From the NCBI GenBank assembly GCA_963662315.1, contig OY759353.1:4448001-4512000 (forward strand): 64,000 nt of DNA. Reading direction: 5' to 3'. The notes below the pieces were generated by a model. It saw only the letters and a program-made list of their open reading frames with translations. It was not told where the DNA came from and did no database searches. This DNA is from Geopsychrobacteraceae bacterium (lineage in GTDB: Bacteria; Desulfobacterota; Desulfuromonadia; Desulfuromonadales; Geopsychrobacteraceae). Numbering within the stretch: position 1 is the stretch's first letter; the number at the start of each line of letters is the position of its first letter. The translations under genes and the position numbers were made by a program. This document shows, piece by piece, positions 9,002 to 18,267 of this stretch.

Positions 9002-10225
9002 TTATTTAGCAGCGAACTCTTTGACCGCTTTGGCCAGTTCCTGGCTGCGCTGCGTGGCAAGTTCCAGTTCTATTTCGCCTGGCGCACCTTTCCATTCAAT
9101 CGGCTCAACAAATTCCCATTTGAGCTTTTCGGTCAGGGCGGTCAGTTCGCGTTGTGCGCCGCCGGACCAACCGGCAGAGCCGAAGCGCAGGACTTTTTTG
9201 TTCCAGATCTTTTTGCGGCGGAACATGTCGATAACCCAGGCCATAGGGGGGAACATTTCGTATTCATAGGTCGGCATACCAAGGATCAGGCCGGCGGATT
9301 TCCAGGCCGAAGCCAGGATAACGCCAACATGTTCTTCCGGCACGCGATGGACGTGAACCGGCAACCCTTCTTTGCGGACCCCCTGGACAATATTATTGAC
9401 GAGTTTTTCAGTGTTACCGTACATGCTTGACCAGATGACGGTGATTTCCGCTTCGGCCGGGCCGTTGAGGTAGCTGGCAAAACGGGCGTAGGAGTCAATA
9501 ATAGCTTTGGGATTTTCACGCCAGATAATGCCGTGAGACGGGGCGATCGCTTTAATATCAAGCCCTTGCAGTTTTTCGATCCCCTTGGTGACAAAGGTTG
9601 AAAAGCTGGAGACGATGTTGGCGTAGTAGCGCAGGGCTTCGTTGATAAAGAACTCATGCTGGGTTGTGGAGAGCTGGTCATCAAAGTAGACATCATTCAA
9701 AATGCCGTAGGAACCGAAGGCATCGCAGGAAAACAAAGTGCCACTGCTCTGCTCGAAGGTCATCATGGTTTCCGGCCAGTGGATGTTTGGTGTTTCGTAG
9801 AAGGTCAAAACCTTCCCATTGCCAAGGTCCAGCGTGTCGCCATCTTTGACAATGCGGACATTGTTTTCGATGTTGTAAAAACTTTTCAGCAGCGGCGCTG
9901 ATTTGGCAGTCAGGAAAATTTGGACATCGGGGTTTTTCTTGTGGAAGACGGGCAGCCAGCTGTTATGGTCCGGTTCCATGTGATTGATAATCAGGTAATC
10001 AATATCCTGGGCGGTAAGGGAGATAGACTGCATCTCGGCTTCAAATTCAGCCGGTTTGCCGTTAACATCTTCAATCAGATCGATCAAGGCTGTTTTTTCA
10101 CCTTTGACCACGTAGGCGTTGATGGAAATACCGTTGGGCATGGGCCACATGCCTTCAAATAATTGGTAGTTTTCCAGATTGACGGGTAAACAGTGAATTC
10201 CTTCAGTAATTTTAACAGCCTTCAT
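9002..10225 (-). CDS. fprA: Flavodiiron protein (FprA, O2/NO reductase type)
   Basis: HMEPDH, HWPE, CDAFG and PSHG di-iron ligands; SMYGNT flavodoxin motif. Confidence 0.92.
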   Translation of the reverse strand: MKAVKITEGIHCLPVNLENYQLFEGMWPMPNGISINAYVVKGEKTALIDLIEDVNGKPAEFEAEMQSISLTAQDIDYLIINHMEPDHNSWLPVFHKKNPDVQIFLTAKSAPLLKSFYNIENNVRIVKDGDTLDLGNGKVLTFYETPNIHWPETMMTFEQSSGTLFSCDAFGSYGILNDVYFDDQLSTTQHEFFINEALRYYANIVSSFSTFVTKGIEKLQGLDIKAIAPSHGIIWRENPKAIIDSYARFASYLNGPAEAEITVIWSSMYGNTEKLVNNIVQGVRKEGLPVHVHRVPEEHVGVILASAWKSAGLILGMPTYEYEMFPPMAWVIDMFRRKKIWNKKVLRFGSAGWSGGAQRELTALTEKLKWEFVEPIEWKGAPGEIELELATQRSQELAKAVKEFAAK

Positions 10226-10254
10226 GTAACCATTTCCTTTTTCGTGTTTTTAGG

Positions 10255-11115
10255 TCAGGGGTCTTCAAGTATTCTTGCCAAGATTGTTTTAAACAGGTTG
10301 CGATACTTGTCCATGTCGGCAAGCGTGTGCAGCTCCTGCAGAGCTTGGGGGATGTCCGGATCATACGCAATCTTGCCGATAAGCGTGCCGCCAAACTCTG
10401 TGATTGTCCTAATAATGCTCTGGTTTATGTCCTTGCTGAATCCTGCTTTGTTGATCAGCGCCAGGTGCGGAATGGAAAACTTGCCAATCAATTCCGCGAG
10501 CCGCCGGTAATCGGACAGGCCGGAAAGGCTTTCTTCAACAACCGCCAGGACCAGATCGTTGCCGGTCAATGAGGAAATGGCCTGACAACTTGTCCCGGGT
10601 GGTCCATCGGTAATAATGTAGGGAATTTCGTTATCTTTTGCAACTGCTGTGGCTTCTCTTCTGATACGCGAAATTAATTTACCACTATTATCTTCACCGG
10701 GAATCAGGTCAGCGTGCACCATGAAGCCGTTATTCAGCTGGCTGACGTACCAGTCTCCGCTTTTGCGTTCGACCATGTTGATGGCCTTGGTCGGGCAGAT
10801 AATTGAGCACAGGGCGCATCCTTCGCAGTCTCCACTGATTATGGGCCTGCCCTGGACCGGTTGCTTGATTGCGGAAAAACGGCACGCAGCGACACAGCGA
10901 CCGCAATTGATACAGCTTTGCGTATTTATTTCAGCAATATTCATACCATGATAGGGACTGCTATGTTGGCGGGAGTGGGGCAGCAGCAGGGGGAGGTTGG
11001 AGGCATTAACATCGGCATCAACGGCAATGACATGATCCATCATTTTGACCAGCGAGGCGGTGATGCTGGTTTTTCCCGCTCCCCCTTTGCCACTTAGTAC
11101 AACAATCTGACGCAT
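10255..11115 (-). CDS. MinD-superfamily P-loop ATPase with inserted 2x[4Fe-4S] ferredoxin domain
   Basis: SGKGGAGKT; CINCGRC...C and CEGCALCSIICP; DGPPGTSC. Confidence 0.88.
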   Translation of the reverse strand: MRQIVVLSGKGGAGKTSITASLVKMMDHVIAVDADVNASNLPLLLPHSRQHSSPYHGMNIAEINTQSCINCGRCVAACRFSAIKQPVQGRPIISGDCEGCALCSIICPTKAINMVERKSGDWYVSQLNNGFMVHADLIPGEDNSGKLISRIRREATAVAKDNEIPYIITDGPPGTSCQAISSLTGNDLVLAVVEESLSGLSDYRRLAELIGKFSIPHLALINKAGFSKDINQSIIRTITEFGGTLIGKIAYDPDIPQALQELHTLADMDKYRNLFKTILARILEDP

Positions 11116-11945
11116 TAGGCTATCTCTCTGATTTGACTTAATGATTGCAATAATTGTTGGCGAACCTCAGAAAATTCCTTGCTCAAAATCTTACCGTCAA
11201 GGTTGGCCTTGTGGTATGCAGCATCCAAGGGTAAGCAAAAAATGGGTTGTTTTTCTTTTCCGGAAAACATCTGGTGCAGCAGTGCCTGATTGTGAACTTT
11301 ATTGGCAATGATTGCATATTTTTTGTTCATATTGTGCAGAATCTGTTCGGTTTGCTGCATGTCATGCATGCCAAAAGGGGTTGGCTCGGCAACCAGAATG
11401 ACAAAATCCGCCGGTTTGATTGCTGCAACGGCTGCGCACGAGTTGCCCGGTGGCCCATCAATGACCGATCGGTTTGCCGGGTTAATCCGTTTCACCAATT
11501 CTGAAATCAGATAGGTGCCACGTGTTGATCCAACATTAAGATCTCCGATATGCACCTGGTTGTTGGTACGGGCAGAATAGCCACTACGAATACGGCCAAC
11601 GGGCGTATCGGCAAAGCTGATCGCCTGCTGCGGACAGACCGCTTCACAGACTCCGCAGCCATGGCAGAGCTGTTCGGTCAGGTAGACCGTGTCGAGAATT
11701 TTATAGAGCGCGTTAAAGCGGCACTCTTTGGTGCAACGTCCGCAACTATTGCACAAAGATGCATCAAACTCAGGTGTTGGCTGGCAGATGACTGCTTCCC
11801 GGGAAAATTCCGGCTGCAGAAAGTATTCAGCATTGGGGGCGTCGACATCAAGATCATAAAATTCCGCATTCAGGATCTCGGCAATGGAAACGGCAAGGGT
11901 GGTTTTGCCGGCACCACCCTTGCCACTGACGACCGTGAGGATCAC
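11115..11945 (-). CDS. Second MinD-superfamily P-loop ATPase with ferredoxin insert
   Basis: SGKGGAGKT; CNSCGRC...C and CHGCGVCEAVCP; DGPPGNSC; EPTPFG. Confidence 0.88.
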   Translation of the reverse strand: MILTVVSGKGGAGKTTLAVSIAEILNAEFYDLDVDAPNAEYFLQPEFSREAVICQPTPEFDASLCNSCGRCTKECRFNALYKILDTVYLTEQLCHGCGVCEAVCPQQAISFADTPVGRIRSGYSARTNNQVHIGDLNVGSTRGTYLISELVKRINPANRSVIDGPPGNSCAAVAAIKPADFVILVAEPTPFGMHDMQQTEQILHNMNKKYAIIANKVHNQALLHQMFSGKEKQPIFCLPLDAAYHKANLDGKILSKEFSEVRQQLLQSLSQIREIA

Positions 11946-12689
11946 TTATGCGCCTCCACCACAAACCTGTGCCGGGCTTAATGGTTGCAGCTGATTGCTG
12001 AGGAACAGATCGACTGTTTCCTGAACGGTCTGACCGCTGCCACCGAATACTTCGATGCCGCTCTGACGGAACCCCTGCAGAGGGCGTCCGCCAATTCCGG
12101 CAACAACCAGGTTGGAAACATAGTTGCCTTTAAGTAGCATAACTGGCGCAAAGCAGCCGCCGGTGGTGTGCCCACCATTTTTCAGCGGAATGACATTGAC
12201 GATCTGATTGTCTTTGATGTCGATCAGCATATAATAGTTACATTTACCAAAGTGACCGGAGCGGGTGGCGTTCATGCCCTCTTCGCTATCGGCTGGCACG
12301 GCAAGTCGGGTAGCCCCTTCTTCTGGCGGTTCAACGGTTGCTCCCTGCCCGCCTGCCGCCTGTTGAGTTTCATCATCCACAGCCAGTTTGTCGAGAACCT
12401 GCTCAACGGTACCGGTTGTATCTTCAACGTACTTGATACCCGCCTTGTTCAGCACCTCCGCAGCCTTCGGTCCCACCGCGCCGGTATAAAGAATGTTGAC
12501 CTTGAATTCAGCCATCAGCTGGGCTGCGCCGGTACCTGCCCCGTTAGCGGCATCAATCCCTTTGCTGTTGTCATGAGCATAGACTTCGCCGGTCAGAGTG
12601 TTGGCAATCATAAAAAAAGCTGCCCGGCCAAAGCGCGGGTCAATTTCTGACTGCAAAGAGCGTTCTTTTGAAGTAACTGCAACGATCAT
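11946..12689 (-). CDS. Tandem two-domain NifB/NifX-family (IssA-like) protein
   Basis: Domain 1 DPRFGRAAFF...GPKA; domain 2 SGHFGKC...GIGGRP; start may lie upstream (12704 or 12728). Confidence 0.82.
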   Translation of the reverse strand: MIVAVTSKERSLQSEIDPRFGRAAFFMIANTLTGEVYAHDNSKGIDAANGAGTGAAQLMAEFKVNILYTGAVGPKAAEVLNKAGIKYVEDTTGTVEQVLDKLAVDDETQQAAGGQGATVEPPEEGATRLAVPADSEEGMNATRSGHFGKCNYYMLIDIKDNQIVNVIPLKNGGHTTGGCFAPVMLLKGNYVSNLVVAGIGGRPLQGFRQSGIEVFGGSGQTVQETVDLFLSNQLQPLSPAQVCGGGA

Positions 12690-12734
12690 TCCTTTGTTCT
12701 CCATTCTATGGGTGTCGGTGTGCAACATATTCTC

Positions 12735-12842
12735 AACGCAGAGTTGCGTTCACGGTTTTTAGCGCTTTCAGCCTTATTAAGGCTAAATGTGCACCCTGCG
12801 CCTCTGCGTTAAAAAGTCACCCTGCTGTGGGGCAGGGTGACA
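12735..12842. repeat. Intergenic inverted repeats
   Basis: AACGCAGAG...CTCTGCGTT (12735-12810) and GTCACCCTGC-TGTGGG-GCAGGGTGAC hairpin. Confidence 0.5.
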
Positions 12843-12849
12843 TGTCAAG

Positions 12850-13119
12850 TTAAGCGTTGGGATTGCTGGACATTAACCGGTAACGGCAATGTGCCCGTCG
12901 TCCTGAAGCGACAGGTGGTCGGATGGATTCGTCCTGATTGGTCAGGTTGAACCTGCGGCCCATGCCCCCTTGTCTCACCGGGGTCGACAGGCTTTCCGGG
13001 GACTGCTTACGTCCCCAGCCGGTACCGCATTGCTGGAGTTGATTCCGTGCCGCGTTTCGTTGGGCTTTACCCATTCCAGATCCTTGCCCTAGCGGGCCTG
13101 TTCCATCTTTGCAAGGCAT
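12850..13119 (-). CDS. DUF5320-like small Gly/Arg-rich protein
   Basis: N-terminal MPxxDGTGPxGxG signature; RBS AGGAGAG. Confidence 0.75.
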   Translation of the reverse strand: MPCKDGTGPLGQGSGMGKAQRNAARNQLQQCGTGWGRKQSPESLSTPVRQGGMGRRFNLTNQDESIRPPVASGRRAHCRYRLMSSNPNA

Positions 13120-13166
13120 AACTTCTCTCCTATCTGGTTAAATAAACCATTAAAAATGAAAGCTCA

Positions 13167-13214
13167 TGTGCATATGCACAAAACAAGAATATTCCCCTGT
13201 AAGCACTGTGTCAA
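13167..13214 (-). promoter_or_regulatory. sigma70 promoter with a perfect 14-bp palindromic operator at about +1
   Basis: Minus-strand TTGACA-N17-TATTCT (13214-13186); TGTGCATATGCACA at 13167-13180. Confidence 0.7.
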
Positions 13215-13329
13215 TGGGAAATATTCCTATGCGTGTAAATTGTCGTGATTTTGTAAGTGGGATGAAAATAGTGATAATTCAGGGTGTTAACGAGTAGAAC
13301 TGAACAATATTGAATGTATTGGTGGAGGT

Positions 13330-14136
13330 TTAACCGAAGCTGCCGTTACTGGCCAGGGCTAAAATATTTTTGAGGAATGGTGGGGATGCCCCAAGGTACA
13401 TCAGCGTTCTGATCTTGGTTGCTGAAAAGCCACTGCTTTTCAGAGGTAGATCAAGTTCTGCCGTATTGAGCACATGCATTTGCAGGGTTCTGTTTTCCGG
13501 AGTTTTGTCGCAGGCCTGGTTGACTAGTTGGCGAATGGCATTGACGTCGATTCTTTCCGTAATGCAGGGACCTAACTGCCAGAGATTAGGTCCGGTTTGC
13601 AATAGCGCCATACAGGGGCCACTTTGCAGTGGCAGGCAGTTGACTTCCAGTAGGTGGTGCAATGGGCGCTGTGTTTCTCCCCAGCAATGCGCATTCAAAG
13701 CTATGAAATCGTCGAGTTCGCAGCTGGATTGCAGGGGAAGAACTCCACGGCCAGTGGTTTCCCATGTCGTAATTTGATCGTGCTCTTGAAAACCAAACTT
13801 GATGTAAAAGTCCTGGGCAGACTTATTGCTTAACAGCCAGATATGGGAAATTCCGGCGTGGGTAAGAAGATTCAGGGCATGGAGTAGGAGTGTTTTTCCA
13901 TACCCCTGGAGGCGTTTTTCCGGATTAATCAGCAGGTTCCCGACCCAACCGCTGATTTTGTAGGCAACAGCCGATATAAATCCGCAACAGTCACCATGGT
14001 GTCGCAGTACATAAAAATGCTGTTGCCAGAAATTAAGGAACAGGCGTTCTTCTTGAAACGATATTTCCCATCCTTCCGTGTTTGCCCAGCTTTTAAAGAG
14101 TGGCCAGTCGGTGCTTTTCAAAGGGCCGATTTGCAT
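13330..14136 (-). CDS. GNAT-family N-acetyltransferase (two-domain, YitH-like)
   Basis: WVGNLLINPEKRLQGYGKTL acetyl-CoA motif A; FYIKFGF. Confidence 0.8.
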   Translation of the reverse strand: MQIGPLKSTDWPLFKSWANTEGWEISFQEERLFLNFWQQHFYVLRHHGDCCGFISAVAYKISGWVGNLLINPEKRLQGYGKTLLLHALNLLTHAGISHIWLLSNKSAQDFYIKFGFQEHDQITTWETTGRGVLPLQSSCELDDFIALNAHCWGETQRPLHHLLEVNCLPLQSGPCMALLQTGPNLWQLGPCITERIDVNAIRQLVNQACDKTPENRTLQMHVLNTAELDLPLKSSGFSATKIRTLMYLGASPPFLKNILALASNGSFG

Positions 14137-14152
14137 AGAAGGCAGGATCCTT

Positions 14153-15283
14153 TCAGGCGGCGCTGCGACACAGGGTAAGGAGTTCCCGGTCGTTCAGCGG
14201 CCGTTTATTCCGTGTGGCGACTTGTCTGACACGGCTGAGCAAGGCGTCAAGATCGACACTGTGCGGGTCTATCTGCAAAGCCTCCAGGCGCTGCCGCAAA
14301 CCATGGGACCCTGAATGCTTGCCGAGCACCATATGCCGTTTCAGTCCGACTTCAGCCGGATCAAACCCTTCGTAGTTCTTGGGATTCTTGATGATCCCGT
14401 CCGCATGCAGGCCCGATTCATGAGAGAAAACCTTTTCACCGACAATTGGTTTCCAGTGCGGGACCGGATGTTTACTGGCTTTGCCGACATATCGGGAAAT
14501 TTCAGCAAGGCGTTCGGTCTGAATCCCCGGATTAATGCCGACGGCATGTTTTAGCGCCATGACAACCTCTTCAAGCGCAGCATTGCCGGCCCGTTCTCCT
14601 AGGCCATTGACCGTCGTGTTAACAAATCTGGCTCCAGCTCGAATGCCTGCAATGGCGTTGGCGGTTGCCATACCCAGGTCATTATGAGTGTGCACTTCAA
14701 GATCGAGATCAACACGGTTACGCAGATAGGCGATGTTTTCGTAAATCGTAAAGGGATCAAGTATTCCTAACGTATCGCAGTAGCGAAAACGATCGGCCCC
14801 TTCCTGCTTGGCGATGCTCAGAAGTTCTGTCAAAAAGTCCAGATCGGCCCGGCTCGAATCTTCGCCGCCGACAGAGACGTAAAGCTGGTGTTTTTTGGCA
14901 AAGCCAAGTGCGACTTTCAACTGTTCTTTAACCCATTCCCGGCTCTTGTTCAATTTATGCTGAATATGGATGTCCGAAACGGACAGGGAAATATCAACTG
15001 CCTGCAGGCCGCAGTCGATTGACGCCTGGATATCACTGATCAGGGCACGGTTCCAGCTGATTAGGCGGGCATTCAGGTTCAGATTGATCAGGGCCTTGAT
15101 GTCTCGCTGCTCATTTTTTCCCATGGCAGGAATGCCGCATTCCAGTTCTCCGACACCGATGCTGTCAAGCGCTTGGGCAATGGTGATTTTTTCTTTACGG
15201 CTGAATACGACACCGGCGGTCTGTTCACCATCCCTTAAGGTTGTGTCATCGATAACAATATTGTGTTCAGGTTTTTTAACCAT
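14153..15283 (-). CDS. nifV: Homocitrate synthase
   Basis: DDTTLRDGEQTAG, HTHNDLGMATAN, GLGERAGNA, HESGLH; lacks the LeuA regulatory domain. Confidence 0.93.
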   Translation of the reverse strand: MVKKPEHNIVIDDTTLRDGEQTAGVVFSRKEKITIAQALDSIGVGELECGIPAMGKNEQRDIKALINLNLNARLISWNRALISDIQASIDCGLQAVDISLSVSDIHIQHKLNKSREWVKEQLKVALGFAKKHQLYVSVGGEDSSRADLDFLTELLSIAKQEGADRFRYCDTLGILDPFTIYENIAYLRNRVDLDLEVHTHNDLGMATANAIAGIRAGARFVNTTVNGLGERAGNAALEEVVMALKHAVGINPGIQTERLAEISRYVGKASKHPVPHWKPIVGEKVFSHESGLHADGIIKNPKNYEGFDPAEVGLKRHMVLGKHSGSHGLRQRLEALQIDPHSVDLDALLSRVRQVATRNKRPLNDRELLTLCRSAA

Positions 15284-15344
15284 GGCCGCTTCCCTCACGG
15301 ATTTAAATAGTTCAGCACCCTTAAAATAGGACAATTTCCTGCCA

Positions 15345-15360
15345 AGCAAGTAGCGTGCCG
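15345..15360 (-). promoter_or_regulatory. sigma54 promoter of nifV
   Basis: CGGCAC-GCTAC-TTGCT (-24 GG / -12 GC). Confidence 0.8.
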
Positions 15361-16137
15361 CGGTTTTGACGTGATGATAGGTGTTCGAAATAGGTCTTGT
15401 TTGCGTATAGAGCTGATCAATTATTAGGCAGGTGGTGGATAATTCAGCACCAAGCGGTGAGGTTCATAAATGATCAAAGAACCGCTGGGCATAAACTGCA
15501 TGAATAATGCGTTTGCGAGCCTAAGTGTTCTTATCAGATGCGAACCCGGAAAGGACTGTAATCTGATGCAAATCAGGCACACAGAAAAGTCTGAAATTAA
15601 GAGCAGTCGTGAATAGCGATTCCTGATGATTAAGCTGTACCTGCAGGAGAACGCCTTTAATCTCGGTAAGATAAAGGCGGTGATTCTGTGGTAATGATAA
15701 GGTATTTGAAAAATAATATTTGTGCGTGTTTGATATTTACAAAACCACTAGAAAAAATCGGTGAAACAAAAACAAAGAATATGCGTTCTTTTTGTATGAA
15801 AACAATTTGTTCTATTGCGTTGATTTTTAACATTTTTTTTCATTAATGGTAAATATGAATATTGTAATAATTGTTTAGTAGAATAATGTAGGAATCCTGA
15901 GCGAAATGATAAGATATTGAAAAATCAAGGTTTTTTTGCGTGTCGTGCAGAAAAATTTAGTTGCGACTAAGGTATCTATGGTGTAAACCTTTCTATATGG
16001 TCTTTGGGATGAATGTATCTCTTTGCTCTGTTGGTGTATCTGCCACCACTTTTTGTGCCTGAGAAACTGCCACTTTTTGAGGCGCTGTAGTGAATTTATA
16101 ATAGAGTTATAAACTACACATCTGGACAGGAGGTTGT

Positions 16138-17373
16138 ATGAGAATCTGGCAAGGAGTTTGTCTGGGCTTACTGCTGGTTCCGCTTATCCTGGGGATATCG
16201 GCTACTGTTGAGGCCGCATCCGTCTCCGGCCGCGCGAGCACTGTGCTCGAATGGTACGATACTGCTGCTGAAGAAACCGCGATCCCCGGCTATCAGTATC
16301 TTCAGCTGAATGTGAAAGATCTCGTCAGCAAGGGCTACAATTTCAAACTTTATGGACGTCTGGCGGATGATTTCGCCGATGAAACAGATGTCGATAGCCG
16401 CCTCTACTATGCTTATCTTGAAAAGCGTGACCTGTTTGACGGATTTGATTTTCGCCTTGGTCGCCAGTTTATCTCGACAACCGCCGGTGCCTCGATGATG
16501 GACGGTCTGTCGCTGCGCTACGAATGTCCGGCAGGATACAGTGTCCGGGTTTTTGGTGGTGGCGATGTCAAATACTATGATGGCTACAATATTAAAGATG
16601 TTATCGACGGTATCGAACTTGGCGGTAAATTCTTTGATGGCGATCTGACCACCAATGTGTCCTATCTGCAAAAGTGGGATCAGGGGCTGATTGCTCAGGA
16701 GCTGGTCGGGTTTGATGCTGACTACGACCTGGGTGGTCGTCTCTGGTTGTACAATGAACTGCAGTGGGACCTGATTTCAGAACGTCTCAGTTACGCTTTG
16801 GTTGGTGGTAAGTACCGCTTTAACCAGCCTTTCACCCTGCGTCTTGAATATCTGTATTCAATGCCGGTTTTCTCCGCGACATCCATCTACTCTGTTTTTG
16901 CTGTTGATGAGTATAAGGAAATTCTTGCAGAACTGACCTGGAAGATCTCCCGCGATGTACAGCTCTACGGGCGTCTGACCCATGAGATGTATGAAGAGTT
17001 TGATGATGCTGATGTTATCGAAGTTGGCGTTGAAAAGCTGCGCACCGGTCAGTTCTACGGTTACCTGTCCGGAGTCTATCGTAATGATGATGATGGCCAG
17101 GGGATGTATGGAGTCAAGGCCTATGGCAACTATCGGGTGCTTGAGCCCTTGCAGATTGGCGTTGGCTGTAATGTCGATGTCCTTGAGCGTGATATCGCTT
17201 ACTACGATACCGATGACAGCGATCAGAATGAAACGACCAGCACACGTGTCTGGGCGGATGTCAAATACGAGTTTAGCGATAAGATCAATACCACGGCCAA
17301 AATTGAGTACATCAAAAGCGATCTGTGGGATCGTTACAACCGTGGCACTCTTCGCCTGAATGTACTTTTCTAA
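16138..17373 (+). CDS. Outer-membrane beta-barrel porin of a porin-cytochrome complex (OmbB/ExtB-like)
   Basis: Signal peptide, aromatic-rich alternating strands, C-terminal Phe; immediately upstream of two multiheme cytochromes. Confidence 0.8.
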   Translation: MRIWQGVCLGLLLVPLILGISATVEAASVSGRASTVLEWYDTAAEETAIPGYQYLQLNVKDLVSKGYNFKLYGRLADDFADETDVDSRLYYAYLEKRDLFDGFDFRLGRQFISTTAGASMMDGLSLRYECPAGYSVRVFGGGDVKYYDGYNIKDVIDGIELGGKFFDGDLTTNVSYLQKWDQGLIAQELVGFDADYDLGGRLWLYNELQWDLISERLSYALVGGKYRFNQPFTLRLEYLYSMPVFSATSIYSVFAVDEYKEILAELTWKISRDVQLYGRLTHEMYEEFDDADVIEVGVEKLRTGQFYGYLSGVYRNDDDGQGMYGVKAYGNYRVLEPLQIGVGCNVDVLERDIAYYDTDDSDQNETTSTRVWADVKYEFSDKINTTAKIEYIKSDLWDRYNRGTLRLNVLF

Positions 17374-17386
17374 GAAGGAGCAGCTT

Positions 17387-18229
17387 ATGATCCGCACAGT
17401 ATCTATTTCAGTCTGTCTGTTGCTGGCGTCTCTGGTTGCCCCGCTCTGGGCTGCTGATTTCGATCACACCGCCCACGTTGAGCAATATGTTGACGCCGAA
17501 TGTTCAACCTGCCATGTCGACAACGCACCTTCCATTATTCCGGATAAAAAGGTGTGCCTGGACTGTCACGATCAGGCGCTGGTTGATGAAGTTTCTCTGC
17601 CCGAACCTTATACCCATGGGGCGGCCTGGTCTCTGAACCACGGCCCGTCGGCCAAAGGTCCGCAGACCAATTGCGCTTCGTGCCACGAGCAGAGTGACTG
17701 CCTTGACTGTCACAAAGCTGGCCTTGCCCATGAAATGGGTGAGTACAGTAATAACATGATCAATGTTCACCGCAGTGATTTCCATGTCAGCCATCCGTTA
17801 GCGGCTCGTGCTGACCAGAATAGCTGTAATAGCTGCCATGAAACGAAATTCTGTAATGACTGTCACGACACCTGGCGTTTTAACAGTGGTGACATCGGCA
17901 GCCCGTCACATCGCAGAACCTTTGACCTGGGGTTAGAGGGGACGGATATTGACATTATTCACGCCGGATTCAGTAACACCTTGGCTTGTGATAATTGCCA
18001 TGCCGGCGCATCTATGGATTTCCACACCTGGTCGATTGGTCATGCCAGGGAAGCAAGAAGATCTTTGGCAACCTGCCAGAGCTGCCACCCCGAAGGGGAT
18101 GTCTGTCTGCGTTGTCACAGTGCGAGAGGTGGTGTTGTCGGTTTTAACCCGCACCCCAAGGATTGGGATGATTTCAAAGACAATATCAGTGATGCAAGTA
18201 ACGGTAGAACTTGCCGTAAATGTCACTAA
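17387..18229 (+). CDS. Periplasmic decaheme c-type cytochrome (OmaB/ExtA-like)
   Basis: Signal peptide; 10 CxxCH motifs counted; RBS AAGGAG. Confidence 0.9.
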   Translation: MIRTVSISVCLLLASLVAPLWAADFDHTAHVEQYVDAECSTCHVDNAPSIIPDKKVCLDCHDQALVDEVSLPEPYTHGAAWSLNHGPSAKGPQTNCASCHEQSDCLDCHKAGLAHEMGEYSNNMINVHRSDFHVSHPLAARADQNSCNSCHETKFCNDCHDTWRFNSGDIGSPSHRRTFDLGLEGTDIDIIHAGFSNTLACDNCHAGASMDFHTWSIGHAREARRSLATCQSCHPEGDVCLRCHSARGGVVGFNPHPKDWDDFKDNISDASNGRTCRKCH

Positions 18230-18267
18230 TCGCGAAATTCATCTTTAACACACGAGGAGGTATTTCA

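Noticed and set aside
11946..12728. NifB/NifX-domain protein as a true nif gene
   Set aside because: It is in a sigma70 operon with the ATPase pair; genuine nifX, nifY-like and nifB genes lie at 25.5-27.9 kb
15361..16137. Riboswitch (c-di-GMP) or sigma54 promoter upstream of the cytochrome operon
   Set aside because: No GEMM core motif and no correctly spaced GG-N10-GC element found by eye; a covariance search would be needed to exclude it fully
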